The translations under genes and the position numbers were made by a program. Shown here piece after piece: positions 61,734 through 64,000 of a stretch of 64,000 nucleotides of DNA. Source of the stretch: Flavobacteriaceae bacterium (GTDB taxonomy: Bacteria > Bacteroidota > Bacteroidia > Flavobacteriales > Flavobacteriaceae); contig JAQWSK010000013.1 of the NCBI GenBank assembly GCA_029243245.1, forward strand, positions 16,025 to 80,024, read 5' to 3'. A model generated the notes under the pieces. The model was given only the letters and a program-made list of their open reading frames with translations, was not told the DNA's origin and ran no database searches. Position 1 is the first letter of the stretch. Every line of letters begins with the position of its first letter.

Positions 61734-62555
61734 TTAAACGAGAGATAATCTAGCAAATTCAACTACTTTAAGGTTTTTATTAAACGATGAAACATATTGT
61801 GAAACACTTTGCTTCCCATCTTTAATATAATCTTGATTAACAAGCGTATTATCCTTAAAGAATCTTTTTATTTTTCCTTTAGCTATCTTATCTAGCATCA
61901 CTTCCGGCTTGCCCTCTTGACGTAATTGATCTTTAGCAATTTCAATTTCCTTTTCGATTACATTTGAATCGACACCTTCTTCATTAAGAGCGATAGGGTT
62001 CATAGCGGCCGCTTGCATGGCAACATTTTTTGCTATTTCTGCTGCACTATCAACAACCTCAGAAAGACCAGTTAATGTTGCAATTTTATTTCCAGCGTGT
62101 ATGTAAGATCCTACAAATGGAGCCTTTAAGGTTTTAAAACCACCAATTTCAATTTTTTCTCCTATAACTCCAGTTTGCTCAATTAATTTTTCTGAAACTG
62201 TCATTCCTTGAAAGTCAGAGTTTAAAAATGAATCAAGATTGTCATGATTTAAAGCATTCTCAGTTAGTGTATTTGCAAGATCTAAATAGGAATTGTTTTT
62301 AGCAACAAAATCAGTTTCACAATTAATTGAAACTATAACACCTTTTGTGTTTTCCAGATTAACCATAGCCAGGACAGCCCCTTCCGAAGAAACTCTATCA
62401 GCTCTATTTGCAGCTACTTTTTGACCCTTTTTACGAAGATTTTCAATGGCTTTTTCAAAATTTCCTTCAGCCTCCACCAAAGCTTTTTTACAATCCATCA
62501 TACCAGCTCCAGTGGATTGACGGAGTTTATTTACTTCTGCAGCAGTAATTTTCAC
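61734..62555 (-). CDS. tsf: Translation elongation factor Ts
   Basis: KITAAEVNKLRQSTGAGMMDCKKAL. Directly downstream of rpsB. Confidence 0.95.
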   Translation of the reverse strand: MKITAAEVNKLRQSTGAGMMDCKKALVEAEGNFEKAIENLRKKGQKVAANRADRVSSEGAVLAMVNLENTKGVIVSINCETDFVAKNNSYLDLANTLTENALNHDNLDSFLNSDFQGMTVSEKLIEQTGVIGEKIEIGGFKTLKAPFVGSYIHAGNKIATLTGLSEVVDSAAEIAKNVAMQAAAMNPIALNEEGVDSNVIEKEIEIAKDQLRQEGKPEVMLDKIAKGKIKRFFKDNTLVNQDYIKDGKQSVSQYVSSFNKNLKVVEFARLSLV

Positions 62556-62578
62556 AATTTTTTATTTTTATTAAATGT

Positions 62579-63574
62579 TTATTTTTTTTCTTTTGAATTC
62601 CGCTTTCTAGGGCTAGATGCATTTTTTTTGGTAGTAGCTTTTACTTCAGGTGCAATTTCTACTTCAGGCGCAACTTCTGCTTCAGGTGCAGCTTCTACTT
62701 CAGGCGCAGCTTCTACTTCAGGCGCAACTTCTGCTTCAGGTGCAGCTTCTACTTCAGGTGCAGTTTCTACTTCAGGTGCAACTTCTACTTCAGGTGCAGC
62801 TTCTACTTCAGGAGCAACTTCTACTTCAGGAGTAGCTTTTGACACATCTGTTTGACTTTCACCTTTTTCTTGAGCCTCTTTCTCATTTTTTCTTTCTAAC
62901 AATCCTTCTGAAATAGAATCTGTAACAAGACTAAGTATTTTTTCTATAGATTTTGAAGCATCATCGTTAGATGGAATTACAAAGTCAACTTCTCTCGGAT
63001 CAGAGTTTGTATCGACCATTGCAAAAATGGGAATATTTAATTTTTGAGCTTCTTTAATAGCAATATTCTCTCTCTTTATATCAACAACAAAAAGAGCCCC
63101 AGGAAGACGAGTCATGTCAGTAATAGAGCCTAAATTCTTTTCTAGTTTAGCCCTCATTCGCTCAACCTGTAATTTTTCTTTTTTTGAAAGAGTTTCAAAA
63201 GTTCCATCTTTTTTCATTCTATCTACTGCAGTCATTTTTTTAACAGCTTTACGTATGGTTACAAAGTTTGTTAACATACCCCCAGGCCAACGTTCAGTTA
63301 TATAAGGCATGTTAATTTTTTTTACTTTTTCAGCAACGATATCTTTTGCTTGTTTTTTTGTTGCTACAAAAAGGATTTTTCGCCCTGATATAGCAATTTT
63401 TTTGAGTGCTGATTGAGCTTCTTCAATTTTCGCAGCAGTTTTATATAAATTGATTATATGGATTCCATTACGTTCCATATAAATATATGGAGCCATATTT
63501 GGATCCCACTTACGTGTAAGATGACCAAAATGAACACCTGCGTTCAGTAGAGTTTTTACTTTTGTTTGTGCCAT
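62579..63574 (-). CDS. rpsB: Ribosomal protein S2 with a ~95-aa repetitive acidic/basic C-terminal extension
   Basis: LLNAGVHFGHLTRKWDPNMAPYIY core (~235 aa), then the (APEVEx)11 repeat and the tail TTKKNASSPRKRNSKEKK. Confidence 0.95.
   Translation of the reverse strand: MAQTKVKTLLNAGVHFGHLTRKWDPNMAPYIYMERNGIHIINLYKTAAKIEEAQSALKKIAISGRKILFVATKKQAKDIVAEKVKKINMPYITERWPGGMLTNFVTIRKAVKKMTAVDRMKKDGTFETLSKKEKLQVERMRAKLEKNLGSITDMTRLPGALFVVDIKRENIAIKEAQKLNIPIFAMVDTNSDPREVDFVIPSNDDASKSIEKILSLVTDSISEGLLERKNEKEAQEKGESQTDVSKATPEVEVAPEVEAAPEVEVAPEVETAPEVEAAPEAEVAPEVEAAPEVEAAPEAEVAPEVEIAPEVKATTKKNASSPRKRNSKEKK
62636..62833 (-). repeat. In-frame 18-bp tandem repeat, 11 units, encoding (A/T)PE(V/A)(E/K)x hexapeptides inside rpsB
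   Basis: The plus strand reads as contiguous units of the form gcaNcttctNcttcaggN. Translation: TPEVEV APEVEA APEVEV APEVET APEVEA APEAEV APEVEA APEVEA APEAEV APEVEI APEVKA. Confidence 0.9.
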
Positions 63575-63706
63575 AATTTTTAGTTTACGTTCTCTGGTAT
63601 AGTAGCAATAGATATAATCTATTTAGATGCTAAACTTATTTTCGTATTTACGATAAGACAACTTTGATTAATATATAAATGAATTTTCCTCAATTGACAA
63701 ATCAAA

Positions 63707-64000
63707 TTAACGTTTTGAGAATTGGAATTTTTTTCTTGCTTTCTTTTGCCCGAATTTTTTACGTTCAACCATACGAGGATCACGAGTTAACAATCCTTCT
63801 GGTTTTAGAGCAATACGATGTTCTTCATCAACTTTACACAAAGCTCTAGAAATTGCTAATCGAACTGCTTCAGCTTGACCTGTTACACCCCCTCCTTTAA
63901 CCGTAACTTTTAAATCATATGATCCTTCAGTTTCAGTTAGAGAAAATGGTTGAATAATTTTGTATTGCAGTGGGGCAGTAGTAAAATAATCAGTATAGTT
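63707..64000 (-). CDS. rpsI: Ribosomal protein S9, C-terminal 97 codons (the 5' end lies beyond the window)
   Basis: Not in the ORF track (open to the window edge). My translation is ...KVTVKGGGVTGQAEAVRLAISRALCKVDEEHRIALKPEGLLTRDPRMVERKKFGQKKARKKFQFSKR*, the canonical S9 C-terminus. Confidence 0.9.
   Translation of the reverse strand, partial: NYTDYFTTAPLQYKIIQPFSLTETEGSYDLKVTVKGGGVTGQAEAVRLAISRALCKVDEEHRIALKPEGLLTRDPRMVERKKFGQKKARKKFQFSKR

Noticed and set aside
62636-62833. Possible CRISPR array or other non-coding repeat
   Set aside because: The units are contiguous 18-mers with no spacers, they lie in frame within rpsB, and no cas genes are present.
62421-62855. Plus-strand ORFs (144 aa and 61 aa) translating as (ASTSG)n or (LLLQ)n over the rpsB repeat
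   Set aside because: They are antisense artefacts of the 18-bp tandem repeat. The minus-strand frame continues from a canonical S2 core.

Overview
AT-rich chromosomal segment. Gene content and signals point to a marine Flavobacteriia/Bacteroidota genome: a UpxY-type NusG paralog heading a glycan locus, a TonB-dependent receptor behind a TPP riboswitch, TAnnTTTG-type promoter boxes, and a lipoprotein with acidic residues just after the lipid-Cys. Layout: (i) 1-7.9 kb holds Na+-coupled transporters (AGCS, SSF, NupC/CNT), a PBP4-type carboxypeptidase and an M19 dipeptidase. (ii) 8.1-10.5 kb holds one 802-aa Ala/Thr/Ser-rich surface lipoprotein gene whose composition differs sharply from its surroundings. 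(iii) 10.6-51.2 kb is a ~40-kb, almost unidirectional glycan-biosynthesis locus. It starts with a WecA-like initiating transferase, a Wzy_C+TPR ligase-like protein and a UpxY antiterminator. It encodes a CDP-3,6-dideoxyhexose pathway extended by ThDP, DmpF, DmpG and aminotransferase genes, GDP-fucose genes, and a dTDP-rhamnose block. It also carries several glycosyl- and methyltransferases, an MsbA/PglK-like ABC exporter, and an embedded DUF4956-CotH-beta-helix-VTC module. (iv) 51.2-64 kb holds housekeeping genes: rplU-rpmA, ahcY, PPTase, pnuC plus an NR-kinase-like ATPase, a TPP riboswitch with its TonB receptor, greA, HIT, an orphan histidine kinase, DUF3127, tag, tsf, rpsB and rpsI. I saw no rRNA, tRNA, CRISPR array, integrase or transposase. 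The best candidate for an undescribed system is the phosphate-chemistry module at 38.2-45.5 kb: VTC/triphosphate-tunnel protein, DUF4956 membrane protein, membrane-anchored CotH-like kinase, beta-helix lipoprotein, kinase-like::methyltransferase fusion and AP-superfamily transferase. Second is the recruitment of a catabolic-type DmpFG aldolase/dehydrogenase pair into a yersiniose-like CDP-sugar pathway. All family assignments come from reading motifs by eye; no database search was run.
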